DNA from: Bdellovibrionota bacterium
GTDB taxonomy: Bacteria; Bdellovibrionota_C; UBA2361
Direction: 5' to 3'
Assembly (NCBI GenBank): GCA_044352465.1
Contig: JBILDU010000015.1
Span: 1 to 38,492 of the forward strand
Length of the DNA: 38,492 nucleotides
Below are positions 30,040 to 38,492 of the stretch, piece after piece. The notes below the pieces were generated by a model. That model worked only from the letters and a program-made list of their open reading frames with translations, ran no database searches and had not been told where the DNA came from. Position 1 is the stretch's first letter. The number at the start of each line of letters is the position of its first letter. The position numbers and the translations under genes are program-made.

Positions 30040-32046
30040 TCAGTTCGTCAGACCAACTTGAGCCGGTACCGGCACACTCTCCGACCGTCGCGCCAGGAAC
30101 GAAAGATCGGAGTAGCCCGGGTCGTTCCACGGGGTATGGTTGAGCGCGTAGGCGAGATAACGCTTGAGTGTCATCTTTGAGTAGTCCGGAACCCACCAGC
30201 CGCGTAATGGAATCTTCATGGCGTTCCACCCCGCCGGAACGTTCTCGTGGGGTTCTTTAAAGTCTTGGAAGATGTAGCTAAAGGTCGGCCGCTCCTCCGG
30301 AGTAGCGGTAAACTTATACTGGGGGATATCAACCAGATACCAGGTGATCGGCCAAACCACATCGCCTGTTCCGAGGATGGTTGGCTTCTGAGCCCCGGTC
30401 GGAGCGAGGATATCGTCCCTAATTTTCAGTACGAGATCGTGAAACTCGTGCGTGGTATGGACCTGACTGAGGAACTCGTTCGCCTTGCCGGCGTACGTGT
30501 AGTTCGTGAGGATCGCCGCTCGAAGCGAGTAGGCTGAGAAGACCAGGAGGAGCACACCTTTGATCGCGCAGCTACCGAACATACCGCGCCATCCCTCAAG
30601 ATAGCCGAGTGCAAGAATCAGGCAGGTCAGCCCGAGAAGCCCCGCATTCGGTTGATAGCTATCCTCGATAATGAAAATGAGGGTAAGGACGCCGAGGATC
30701 GACCCACCATAAAGAAGAACGGTCTCCCACGGAACCCGCTCGGGGAGGGGGCGGGCCCGGAATTCAGCCTCGAAATAGAGGGCGAGATAGATCAGCCCGG
30801 CAACGAAAGGATAAATCGTGAGCCACGGCACCTTTTCTCCGAGATAGCTGTAGGTAAAAAGGTTCGCGGTGAAGAGATAACCCCAGATGGCGAGCGCCCG
30901 TTCGCGGCGGAGGGTATGGTACACCGTGACGACGAAGGGGTGCACCAGGAGCACGAACAAGCCGATAAGATCGAGTTTGTCCTTCAGTTTAAAAAGCTGC
31001 CACACCGGCGAGGATTCAACCGGAGATCCGATGGCGTGAATCCAAGCGAAAATAAGTCCTCCGAGTGTTGCTCCACCGGTAAGCTTCGCCCACAGCGGGG
31101 CACGCCGGTAAAAGAGCGTTAGATGGAGGAGGAAAGCGAGCAGAAACGGGAGCTCGTACCACGAGAGCACATACAGATGAAAGTTAAAGGGCCCTTTGAT
31201 TCGCTCCATCGAGTGGTGTTCGAGCCAATAGCCGATACTTTCGCGATACAGTCCATCAAGAATACCCTCGCTATAGCGAAATCCTGCGGAAAAGAGGTAG
31301 CAGAACCACAACGTGGCTAATCCCAATCCGATGAGTGTCTCCCACCGATAGGTCCGCACGTAAGTCCAAAGACGCGCCACCGCGGTGTCTCTCTCTCGCA
31401 GCACGACGCGGTGAAAGAGGAGGTCGAACGTTAGGTAGCCGAGTAAGATCGCCGTCGTCACGAATGAGTTCTCTTTAATGGTGAACATCCAGGCGAACGC
31501 GAAGAGAAACACGATCGATTTGAGCCGGGCGGGCGCGAACGCAACGGCGTACACCATCAGGAGCATCGAGCAAAGGGAGGGGATATCCTCACGGATGAAT
31601 CGCGACCAATAGATTAAAGTCGGCGAGAGTGCGACAACCGCAGTGAGATAGAGAACCGTTGTTTTCGAGAAGTAGCGCCGCGAAAGATAGGGCAAAAAGA
31701 TCAAAATTGTTCCGAGAGCCGCGATCGCTGCGCGGATCGCCCACGTTGAGCTGCCCAAGGTGTTGTAGACGAAACGAAGCATGTTGTAGAGAAAAGGCCC
31801 GTGGAGCATCGGGTTGTATTTGTAGTAATTCTGCTCCGGAAAATCGAAGAAATAACGACCGTACATCCCGTGGAGCGACTCGTCGTGATGCATCGGACGC
31901 ATATCGAGGAGAAGCCAGCGGAGGAGTAGTCCTGCCAGGATGAGCGTGGCGAATATAACCCATTCGCTCGGGCTAAACCGCCAGGTCGTCGGTGTCTCCG
32001 CGCGTGGTGCCGCCGTTTCTGGTGCTGCCGTTACGGTGTGAGACAT
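30040..32046 (-). CDS. TIGR03663 family PMT-like membrane protein (Agl23-like)
   Basis: N-terminal HHDESLH (DE), MLHGP (HGP), SRFIRED, KEN and EKVPWL; strong GAGGAG SD; adjacent to DUF2298 genes, as described for this family. Confidence 0.85.
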   Translation of the reverse strand: MSHTVTAAPETAAPRAETPTTWRFSPSEWVIFATLILAGLLLRWLLLDMRPMHHDESLHGMYGRYFFDFPEQNYYKYNPMLHGPFLYNMLRFVYNTLGSSTWAIRAAIAALGTILIFLPYLSRRYFSKTTVLYLTAVVALSPTLIYWSRFIREDIPSLCSMLLMVYAVAFAPARLKSIVFLFAFAWMFTIKENSFVTTAILLGYLTFDLLFHRVVLRERDTAVARLWTYVRTYRWETLIGLGLATLWFCYLFSAGFRYSEGILDGLYRESIGYWLEHHSMERIKGPFNFHLYVLSWYELPFLLAFLLHLTLFYRRAPLWAKLTGGATLGGLIFAWIHAIGSPVESSPVWQLFKLKDKLDLIGLFVLLVHPFVVTVYHTLRRERALAIWGYLFTANLFTYSYLGEKVPWLTIYPFVAGLIYLALYFEAEFRARPLPERVPWETVLLYGGSILGVLTLIFIIEDSYQPNAGLLGLTCLILALGYLEGWRGMFGSCAIKGVLLLVFSAYSLRAAILTNYTYAGKANEFLSQVHTTHEFHDLVLKIRDDILAPTGAQKPTILGTGDVVWPITWYLVDIPQYKFTATPEERPTFSYIFQDFKEPHENVPAGWNAMKIPLRGWWVPDYSKMTLKRYLAYALNHTPWNDPGYSDLSFLARRSESVPVPAQVGLTN

Positions 32047-32103
32047 CGCATCCTCTCCTCGAAAAGATTGGGCTGAAAATCCGTGTGCCGTGGGTGGCGC
32101 GCG

Positions 32104-33489
32104 TTAGGCGCCGCCGGAGCGGGTCACGTGGTAGGTCACTTCGGGGGTGCCCTGAGCGATAAAGTTAGCCCATTCGACCCCTTGCATGAAAGTGTGATCC
32201 TGGTTGGATACCTCGTACTTCCACCCCCCGAATCGCCCGCGGGAGAAGATGCCGATCTGTTCGAGCGCGGGAATAACCCGGTCGAGGATCGCGTCACGCT
32301 CGAGAGAGGGGGTGGGATAACCGTAGGGGGCCCGATACGACCACGTTGAAACAACCTCATCGTTTGCCGAGATAAGGCGGGTGGCGCGAAGTCCGGCGAT
32401 GGTCTCAGCGATGAGGTTTGCTTGGTCAACCGGTTTTACGGGTGACTCGCTCGTCTCCGTCATCAAGGAGAAGTATCTTTCGATATCGGGGACGTTGTGT
32501 GGGCTGTACTTCGAAAAGAGGGTGACCCGGTAGAAGGGGCAGTTGCTCTCGGGAAAATACATCCAACATTTCGAAGCGAGGGGGGGGGATGGCTGGCCCC
32601 GTAGACCGATGCCGACGATGTTCGAGGAGGAGTATTTGAGTCGCCCCGCCGCTTCAACGAGGTTCGCTGGGAATGTCTCTACAAGGGTGGCGAGACGATC
32701 GACCGGGATCGTTGAGAGAAGATGGGTGTAGCCGAGCGTCTCACCGTTTGCGAGCACGACCTGTTTGGCGTGGGGATCAATTCTCACGGCGCTTGCCTCG
32801 AGGGTGATGTGTTCCCGGCCAACCAGGTCGCCCACCGCTTGCCAGATCGCTCCCGTGCCCCCGTGACGGGGAAAGCGGAAGAGGTTGTTGGGGCCCCACG
32901 AGAGATCGTCTTTATCGAGGGCGATATTGCGTGCTACCCGCTCAAGGTCCACTACCGAGACCCGCTCCCCGATCCACTGAAAGGCCATCTCCGCGAGCGG
33001 GTATGCCCAGACCTTAAAGTTATAGGGGACCATAAATTCCTCAGCGATACCCTCGCCGAAGATGCTGAGGACCCACTCGTGGAAATTAGTCGGCGGTGGG
33101 GCCGGTGTCTTCGTGATGTCGATGATCCCCTTGAGGCACCGCCACATCGCTTCCTTGGGGAGATAGCGGATATTATTTTGAAACGGGTAGGGAACGAATC
33201 GTTCCTTCATCCACACCCACGATTCCCGCTCGTGTGAAAGCCACCCCTCTTTGCCGAGAGCGCCATCCATGACCGCATCAAAATAAGGGTAGTGCGAGAA
33301 TTGTACGTGGCCGCCGATGTCCCAGGTAAAGCCGTGTGAGTCAATGAAGCTTGCGGCGAGTCCTCCCACCCACCGATTGGATTCGATGAGGTGAAAGTCA
33401 TTTTCGCCGATCTCGCGTAGCCGGTAAGCCGCGCCGAGTCCCGCGGGACCCGCGCCGATGATCAGGTATTTCACTTTACGTGAGCTCAT
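32104..33489 (-). CDS. FAD-dependent UDP-galactopyranose mutase, eukaryote (UgmA/GLF)-type
   Basis: GAGPAGL, DIGGHVQFSHY, VPYPFQNNI, PYNFKVW, WIGERV, WGPN..FRFP..GGTG, CWMYFPE..PFYR, GYPTP and RGRFG.WKYEV.NQDH. Start ATG 33489 overlaps the upstream TGA (ATGA). Confidence 0.82.
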   Translation of the reverse strand: MSSRKVKYLIIGAGPAGLGAAYRLREIGENDFHLIESNRWVGGLAASFIDSHGFTWDIGGHVQFSHYPYFDAVMDGALGKEGWLSHERESWVWMKERFVPYPFQNNIRYLPKEAMWRCLKGIIDITKTPAPPPTNFHEWVLSIFGEGIAEEFMVPYNFKVWAYPLAEMAFQWIGERVSVVDLERVARNIALDKDDLSWGPNNLFRFPRHGGTGAIWQAVGDLVGREHITLEASAVRIDPHAKQVVLANGETLGYTHLLSTIPVDRLATLVETFPANLVEAAGRLKYSSSNIVGIGLRGQPSPPLASKCWMYFPESNCPFYRVTLFSKYSPHNVPDIERYFSLMTETSESPVKPVDQANLIAETIAGLRATRLISANDEVVSTWSYRAPYGYPTPSLERDAILDRVIPALEQIGIFSRGRFGGWKYEVSNQDHTFMQGVEWANFIAQGTPEVTYHVTRSGGA

Positions 33490-34238
33490 CGGGGCTCCTT
33501 GAGGGTGGTAAGCGCATGGGGCAGGGCGCAACGAAAAGCGACGAGCTCCCGAACTGAGCGGAAGCACGCCTTGATAAGTCGCCACCGTACGATCGAAACA
33601 GCACCGGTCGTACGGTCGCGGTGAGTGACCGGAATCTGAAAGAGATCTTCGCCTGAGCGACGCGCCAGGACCGCCAGAAAGATATTCGGGGCGAACGCAT
33701 CAGCGGGGATGAGGGGGAGTAGTCGCGCGAGGAAGTCGGTGCGCATGAGCCGGAAGGGGATATTAGCGTCCGGGATGCGGGTGCCAAAAAGCAACGTGTT
33801 GAGGTAGCGCAGTATCCGTGTAATCACGAGGCGGTGAAATGCGTCGTGGCGTGCCACCCGACGGCCGGTGATAAATCGGGATTGGTCCCGCTTTGCCCAA
33901 AGGGTATCAAAGTCGGCGATCGCAAATTGATCATCGCTATCGATCTGAAATATCCACTCCGGTGAGAGGGCAAGAGCGTCGGTGTATCCGTGCAGGAGGG
34001 CGTTGCCATGCCCCCCGTTCGGCTGATGGATCGGGACGATGCGGGGCTCGACCGCAGCTAAGCGGTCGAGGATCTGCGGGGTGCGGTCGCGTGAGCCGTC
34101 GTTGACCACAATGATCTTAAAAGCTTCAAAGCGAGCGGCAAAGAAATCACGCAGCCCGGTGAGAACCGACTCGATACATCCCTCCTCGTTGTAGGCTGGT
34201 ACCACGACGCACAGTTGAAGTGAGTGAGGGGCGGGCAT
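33486..34238 (-). CDS. GT2 polyprenyl-phosphate glycosyltransferase (DPM1/Ppm1-like)
   Basis: VVVPAYNEE, VVNDGSRDRT, NGGHGNAL, DSDDQF, DANIPFRL and PVTHRDR; about 250 aa with no TM tail. Confidence 0.85.
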   Translation of the reverse strand: MPAPHSLQLCVVVPAYNEEGCIESVLTGLRDFFAARFEAFKIIVVNDGSRDRTPQILDRLAAVEPRIVPIHQPNGGHGNALLHGYTDALALSPEWIFQIDSDDQFAIADFDTLWAKRDQSRFITGRRVARHDAFHRLVITRILRYLNTLLFGTRIPDANIPFRLMRTDFLARLLPLIPADAFAPNIFLAVLARRSGEDLFQIPVTHRDRTTGAVSIVRWRLIKACFRSVRELVAFRCALPHALTTLKEPR

Positions 34239-34464
34239 GCTTTGGGTTAAAACCTCGTCAAAACTAAGATTAAGCCCCTACGCTACCATCGACTATGAGG
34301 GGGGCGCAAAAGCTCCGCACGTCGTGGTGGTGATTTGGTTTCGCCGAAAAAACGGTGCTCCAGCTCGCCGCTTCAGTCTAAAGAGTCGATTTTATTCATC
34401 GGAAAGAGGCGTGTTCTTCCTTAAGGAGAACGTAAGATATGCCGAAATAATAACGGGGTTTTGT

Positions 34465-35307
34465 ATGCTAACGGGTCACACATCGCCGGGGCGCTGCGCT
34501 GGGACGAACGAGCTGCGCCCGATTACCCCATCTTTAAGGGGGAGCCGGGGGGCGGCGCTCCTTGAGTTCGCGGTCGTGGTGCCCCTGCTCATCTTTGTTT
34601 GTCTGTGGGTCGGCTCGCTCGGTTTCGCGATATCCCAACTCGTGTGGCTATCGGAGGCGTCCTATGCCGCGGTCGTTGCGGGGGCGGAGGAGCGGTCGAC
34701 CAGTGTGGCGACAACTGAGGGATTCGTCGATGAGCTTTTCACGAGTCGCCACGGGCGGGGATTAGAGGGTCCCATCGTATTATCAAATCGGGAGGCGGAG
34801 GTTCGTAACGATTTGGGCACCGATGATAGCGGGCCATCAGGCCAAGCTCCCCTGATATCACTCACCGTTGCGCTCGAATCGAGACCGCTTTTAGGCTTTT
34901 TGCCCGTTTTAGATTTAGGTCTTACCACCGTGGTGTCGCGCCTTACGGTTGGGGGAGATCCAGGAGACCTTTCTGAGCCGGGCAACATCGAGTCCGCTTG
35001 CAGCGGGGAGTGGCAACTCCCATGCGGCAGCTGCGGAGGGGTGTGCCATCCCAACGGCGGTAATCCCGGTGGTGGTAATCCCGGTGGCACCAAGGGGAAT
35101 GGCGCCGTCGTGTCGGAGCAGGTGGAGCCGATTCCGCCGGGGCTCAGTCCCGGTGGTTGGTCGACTGATGCAACGGACCCACCTGACAATTTAGACCCCA
35201 TCCCCTCGGGTCACTCTGGTAAGGGAGGTGGTAACACCGGGTATGAGGCGGCCCCGATCAATGTCGTGCCTCCCTTACCGGGAGAGACTGAACAAAACTG
35301 GTACTAA
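34465..35307 (+). CDS. TadE-like pseudopilin with a Cys cluster and Gly/Pro-rich tail
   Basis: RGAALLEFAVVVPLL (G|xxxxE prepilin motif plus TM). Start moved to ATG 34465. Confidence 0.75.
   Translation: MLTGHTSPGRCAGTNELRPITPSLRGSRGAALLEFAVVVPLLIFVCLWVGSLGFAISQLVWLSEASYAAVVAGAEERSTSVATTEGFVDELFTSRHGRGLEGPIVLSNREAEVRNDLGTDDSGPSGQAPLISLTVALESRPLLGFLPVLDLGLTTVVSRLTVGGDPGDLSEPGNIESACSGEWQLPCGSCGGVCHPNGGNPGGGNPGGTKGNGAVVSEQVEPIPPGLSPGGWSTDATDPPDNLDPIPSGHSGKGGGNTGYEAAPINVVPPLPGETEQNWY
35059..35088 (+). repeat. 15-bp tandem duplication encoding GNPGG twice
   Basis: GGTAATCCCGGTGGT followed by GGTAATCCCGGTGGC. Confidence 0.75.
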
Positions 35308-35673
35308 ATCGTGATTCGGAGAGCGTCCGAAGGTTATGTTTGGAGGGACCCGAGCTTTCGAATTCGCGGCTATACGGGGTTTGGGAGAATCGCTGGATCG
35401 ACCAAATACCTCCCAGCCAAGTTTCGCGCCGTCTAGTCCTATTCGCAATCGTTCGGTCGCACGGTTAATTCCCCGACTCTGCGCCCGATATGGTAAAGTT
35501 TGGGGGCGATTGTTAAATGGTCGGGATTAGGTTCAGAAACAATGTCGTAGACTAGGGGTGTTTTCGCCTCAGATGACAATAAGTTATTTGTTATGCGAGT
35601 ATGAAAGCGGGGGCTTTCGTGATCGTCTTCGAAGCTTACCAGCGGCTCTGTTTTTATAGGCAAAAGCATCTTT

Positions 35674-36864
35674 GTGGTGCTAAAATTTTTATCTTCAACT
35701 ATCCGCCTTTCTCATCGAGGTGCGTCGTACGCTGAAGCGGTGATATCGATCCCGCTCTTTCTCCTTTTTATCCTTGGATTTATCGATATCTCCCGCGGCC
35801 TTTTCACCTATGTAATGCTTCAGCACTCGGCGCAACGGGCGGCGGATTTCGCTTCGAAAGTTGAGATCGAGATCGACACAACCCACGCTAAGTGTGCCGC
35901 TCCGGCGGGCGGGGGTGTGCCGGCTAACACGGCGTGTCGTCAATATCGGGAGCGGCTCGGTGAGATCGTTGCTCTCGCTACCGAGCGCGCCGCGTTGGTT
36001 GCCTCCAAAGGTGGGGACTCCGCTGCGCGACTGGTCCGGTTTCGTCATTACAATCGGGAGTTGTACGAAGGTGCGGGGTTCGGGATATGGCGAGTTCCGA
36101 GTTCCGGTCAGGGTCCCGATGGGTCGGGGCTCGTCGATTTCACCGATTATGCAGCTTTTCTAAGACCGGGTGAGATAGTTGAGGAGGTCGATGAGGGGGG
36201 AAGTCCGAGCGGTTTTAAGGTAGAGCACTTTTCAAGGCTCTTTCGTTGTCCAGATGGGTGGAACGGTACTCCCCCGTGTCCCGGACGGGGGTGGCCATCG
36301 TTTGGAGAGAGCTGGGGTTCGGTGTTAAGGGATGAGCCGGTCGAGGTTATCGTTCAAGCGGTGTTCAAACCGATTATTCCAGGGATCGGATCTTTTCGCC
36401 TCACCGGTCGAGCCGCCGCGTTTCGGCAGATTCGGGCCTTTAGTAGCGCTCCGCCTGCTCCCACAGCTACGAGAACCCCTACCCCCATTCCAACGATAAC
36501 CCCCACACCGACGATAACGCCCCTACCGACCGCCACGCCGACGATCACTCCGACGCCAACGATAACGAATACCCCAACCATCACCCCCACGCCGACAAAC
36601 ACTCCAACAGTAACACCGACCCCGACAGGAACGCTGCCCACTGCAACAGCAACGGCGACACCGACGGTAACAAGGACGCCGACGAATACCCCAACGGCTA
36701 CCCCGAGCCCAACTCCGACGACGAATTGCCTGACGCAGTGCTCCTCTCCAGAGATCGGCGCACGGTGTAGTAGCCCAGGGGGATACCCAGCTATCTGTCA
36801 GCTCTGCAGTAGTTGCCCCCAATTTTGTATCTGTCCACCTACCCCAACTCCTCTTCCAGGGTGA
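35674..36864 (+). CDS. TadE-like pseudopilin with a Pro/Thr stalk and Cys-rich C-terminus
   Basis: [24 protein letters not shown]...LQHSAQRAA TadE signature. Confidence 0.82.
   Translation: MVLKFLSSTIRLSHRGASYAEAVISIPLFLLFILGFIDISRGLFTYVMLQHSAQRAADFASKVEIEIDTTHAKCAAPAGGGVPANTACRQYRERLGEIVALATERAALVASKGGDSAARLVRFRHYNRELYEGAGFGIWRVPSSGQGPDGSGLVDFTDYAAFLRPGEIVEEVDEGGSPSGFKVEHFSRLFRCPDGWNGTPPCPGRGWPSFGESWGSVLRDEPVEVIVQAVFKPIIPGIGSFRLTGRAAAFRQIRAFSSAPPAPTATRTPTPIPTITPTPTITPLPTATPTITPTPTITNTPTITPTPTNTPTVTPTPTGTLPTATATATPTVTRTPTNTPTATPSPTPTTNCLTQCSSPEIGARCSSPGGYPAICQLCSSCPQFCICPPTPTPLPG
36451..36723 (+). repeat. Pro/Thr low-complexity repeat (PTxT units), about 91 aa
   Basis: [23 protein letters not shown]...TPSPTPTT; about 40 Thr; codons vary between units. 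Confidence 0.95.
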
Positions 36865-36896
36865 TATAGTGTGATAATCTAAGGCATACAGAAATT

Positions 36897-38492
36897 ATGC
36901 GGCGTCCTCCTCGACTAAATAAGTGCCCAAGCGATCGTGGCATTTATATTACCCTCGTAGCGGTATTTGGGTTGGTGCTGCTCGGATTTGTCGCGCTCGT
37001 TATCCAACTCGGTCTCGCTGCCGCGGCCCAAAGTAGACTCCAGCTCGTGGCGAACCTTGCGGCGCTTAGCGCTATCGAGCAGTACGTCCGGTTTACGCCC
37101 GCGGACGGGGATCAAAACCCGCTTGAAGACTCACGTCGGAATGCGACAACCTCCCGGGCGAACTCGATCCTCCAAGCGAATTCGGTCTGGGGGCTCGATT
37201 CCTCGAGGTTTGAGCTCGAGCCGGGTGCAACCTCGGGGAGTCGGATCGTTTTCGGTACGTGGCACCGCTTCGATCCCGATGGGTCAGGGGGCGTTTCGTG
37301 TCAGAAATATCCGTGTTTCGTCCCGTTTGTTAATGCTGAGGCTATCTCAGGCAATGCGGTTCGCTTGGTTGTGGAGAGTGAGTCAGACAATCCGTTCACC
37401 CGATTTCTCGGGAGTATCTTCGGGCCCGACACCTTGACGATTCGAGCGGAAGCCACCGCCACCTTAGTAAAGCGGTGTATGGCTTTCTTGGTCGATCTAA
37501 GTCTCACCTCGACGAACGAGACCCATGCGGTTCCGGGGAGGACATCCTTTCCCACGTGGCGAGGGCCATCAGAGCCGCTGGATCCGTTGCGGGAATCGGT
37601 GGGTTTTTACGGTGATCTGAACGCTGATAACGCGGTAACCGTCTACGATCCCTCGCAGAAAGGGATCCCGGCGTTTCCAGGTGGCGCTTTTCCTCTGCCT
37701 TTCCCGATGAATCTTGGGCTCTATGCCTACGTTGATCCTCCGAGCGCGTGTGACTATACGACCCTTACCCCAGCGGTCGGACAGATTAATTACTCAGCGC
37801 TTTATTGGTGTAGCCTCCTTCGACACCGAGACTTCATCACCGATCCGGAGCTTCCCGATAGTGGACGGAATTATCGCACCCGGGCGGATTATCGCCTCGT
37901 CGAGACCCCGTTTAGTCAAAATGCGATCTACTTCGATTCTGTGACCCGCCCCGAGCCGTTTTCGACCTATCTTTTAGCGTTCAATGCGGCGTTACGCTCC
38001 GTCTACGCCGAGAGCTCAAACGCCGATGAAGCTATGTTCGCGGGATTCTCTAAAGCTATCCCCTACCAGAACGTTAATCGGCGGTATCCCCAATCAGGGC
38101 TCACGAGGAATATCCCTCTTCTCGTTCACCTTACGAATATGAACAATGTCGGAGGTCTCGATTCAAACGGGGATATCACGGGGGTAAATCCGCCAACTTT
38201 TATCGACCTGGGTATTTTCCCTGTCTTCGGCTCGACCGATGCCGCGACGGCATCGAACCTCGCTGGGGTGATTAAACAGACCGCAGGCATGTTAGGGACG
38301 ACTTGTGGTCCAAGTGATCGAAAGGTGATCGTCCTCGCAACCGATGGTCTTGGAAATTGTACCCAATATGGAAACTCTCCGACCTATTGTAGCCCGACCT
38401 GGTTTAAGTACCTGAGCTCTGAAATGCTCTTAGTTGGAACGAGTCCGGGTGGGGTACTAAAAGAGCTCGTTGATAAGCAGGTCGCCCTTACC
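36897..38492 (+). CDS. TadG-like pilus protein with a vWA domain, truncated by the window edge
   Basis: Absent from the ORF track; hand translation is open from ATG 36897 to the end. Shows RGIYITLVAVFGLVLLGFVALVIQLG..LQLVANLAALSA (Tad_N-like), AFLVDLSLTS (MIDAS-like) and KVIVLATDG. Confidence 0.85.
   Translation, partial: MRRPPRLNKCPSDRGIYITLVAVFGLVLLGFVALVIQLGLAAAAQSRLQLVANLAALSAIEQYVRFTPADGDQNPLEDSRRNATTSRANSILQANSVWGLDSSRFELEPGATSGSRIVFGTWHRFDPDGSGGVSCQKYPCFVPFVNAEAISGNAVRLVVESESDNPFTRFLGSIFGPDTLTIRAEATATLVKRCMAFLVDLSLTSTNETHAVPGRTSFPTWRGPSEPLDPLRESVGFYGDLNADNAVTVYDPSQKGIPAFPGGAFPLPFPMNLGLYAYVDPPSACDYTTLTPAVGQINYSALYWCSLLRHRDFITDPELPDSGRNYRTRADYRLVETPFSQNAIYFDSVTRPEPFSTYLLAFNAALRSVYAESSNADEAMFAGFSKAIPYQNVNRRYPQSGLTRNIPLLVHLTNMNNVGGLDSNGDITGVNPPTFIDLGIFPVFGSTDAATASNLAGVIKQTAGMLGTTCGPSDRKVIVLATDGLGNCTQYGNSPTYCSPTWFKYLSSEMLLVGTSPGGVLKELVDKQVALT

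Noticed and set aside
35308..35673. Searched for an Flp pilin gene between the TadE-like genes
   Set aside because: The short ORFs lack the G|xxxxEY motif and the hydrophobic helix.
36451..36723. Repetitive DNA considered as a CRISPR array or VNTR
   Set aside because: It is an in-frame protein-level repeat with variable codons and has no repeat-spacer structure.
36354..36822. Minus-strand Val/Gly-repeat and Arg-rich ORFs
   Set aside because: They are antisense shadows of the PT repeat.

Overview
Chromosomal segment of a GC-rich diderm bacterium (it encodes OmpH/Skp and a DUF1329 protein); the lineage cannot be fixed from the sequence alone. The left ~22 kb holds housekeeping and envelope genes: an AlgI-like MBOAT with an AlgX/J-like partner, rsmE, an HCCA-isomerase/DsbA-fold protein, a MetF-like reductase, an orphan nuoI, DUF1329, an HDOD protein, Skp, SseB-like, rpiA, folK, an SDR, a GT2, GTP-dependent PEP carboxykinase, folP and a VKOR-DsbA fusion. 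The main point of interest is 22.1-34.2 kb, a compact candidate lipid-linked glycosylation locus. It has a DPM1-like GT2 translationally coupled to a fungal/trypanosomatid-type UDP-galactopyranose mutase, then a TIGR03663 protein. These converge on a PMT/ArnT-DUF2298 (Chlor_Arch_YYY) fusion and a second DUF2298 gene, and one further GT-C-like membrane protein lies divergent. Directly next to this locus are three Tad-type pseudopilin genes: one TadE-like protein carries a ~90-aa Pro/Thr stalk and an 8-Cys tip, and a TadG-like vWA protein (absent from the ORF track) runs off the window edge. Working hypothesis: polyprenyl-phosphate-furanose-dependent surface or protein O-glycosylation, possibly of Pro/Thr-rich pilins. 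No rRNA, tRNA, CRISPR array or mobile element was recognised. All family calls come from reading motifs by eye; no database searches were run.
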